Source: Anthoceros angustus (Eukaryota > Plantae > Anthocerotophyta). From it: 64,000 nt of DNA. Below, piece after piece: positions 63,653 through 64,000 of this stretch; within the stretch, counting starts at the first letter, position 1, and every line of letters begins with the position of its first letter. The position numbers and the translations under genes were made by a program. The stretch lies in NCBI GenBank assembly GCA_010909165.1, contig MU008188.1, positions 124,001 through 188,000 on the forward strand. Reading direction: 5' to 3'. The notes under the pieces are model-generated. The model did not search any database, was not told where the DNA came from, and saw only the letters and a program-made list of their open reading frames with translations.

Positions 63653-64000
63653 CTGCAATAATCACGTACTACCCGTTCACAAACTTCAACACAATGTATG
63701 CGACCATCAGGATACTAATCTCGATTTCCCACAGCACCATGAGTTAAATGCATGCAGCTGCTCTCCCAATTGCGACGTGAAAAAACTGCACCCGTCTTCC
63801 GCCAGGGATACACACCCGTTATTTCTATAGCAGTTTGCTTTGTCCACAGCCAGAACAGCACCCGGACTTTCTCCCCGTCCAGGCCTCATCGAACCTAGAC
63901 TGGACCAAGTCGAAATTGACCAGGCATTTCTCACCATCCTCCAGCTCGGATCTACTCTGTGCAAACAAACCTGCCCGGTTTCACAACGTCAGCACTGGGG

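Overview
Eukaryotic (land-plant, most likely hornwort) nuclear DNA in two parts, joined at a single N (50054). Part 1 (1-50053) is a nested, indel-rich transposon block. It holds four Ty1/copia elements or fragments (one full length, with matching LTRs, tRNA-iMet PBS and a GTCTC TSD) and three Athila-like Ty3/gypsy fragments. It also holds two unusual intron-containing DNA elements. The first is a ~9.5-kb unit with a degenerate DUF3504/Crypton-type tyrosine recombinase and a divergent unknown gene. The second is a ~7.7-kb unit with a DUF7869/Sola-like DDD transposase, divergent from a ParB-like + beta-class (N4C/N6A) DNA-methyltransferase gene; this unit is dotted with GC-rich GCATGC-centred palindromes and is the best candidate for an undescribed system. 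Three copia elements carry antisense ORFs between pol and the 3' LTR, one with an AT-hook. Part 2 (50055-64000) is gene-rich. It has a GRP-type DYW:KP PPR gene (candidate U-to-C editing factor), a multi-exon cytosolic-type glucose-6-phosphate isomerase with an apparent upstream transit-peptide exon, and a PLS-E+ PPR gene. All family calls come from motif recognition by eye; no database search was run. Many frameshifts in part 1 may be consensus errors.
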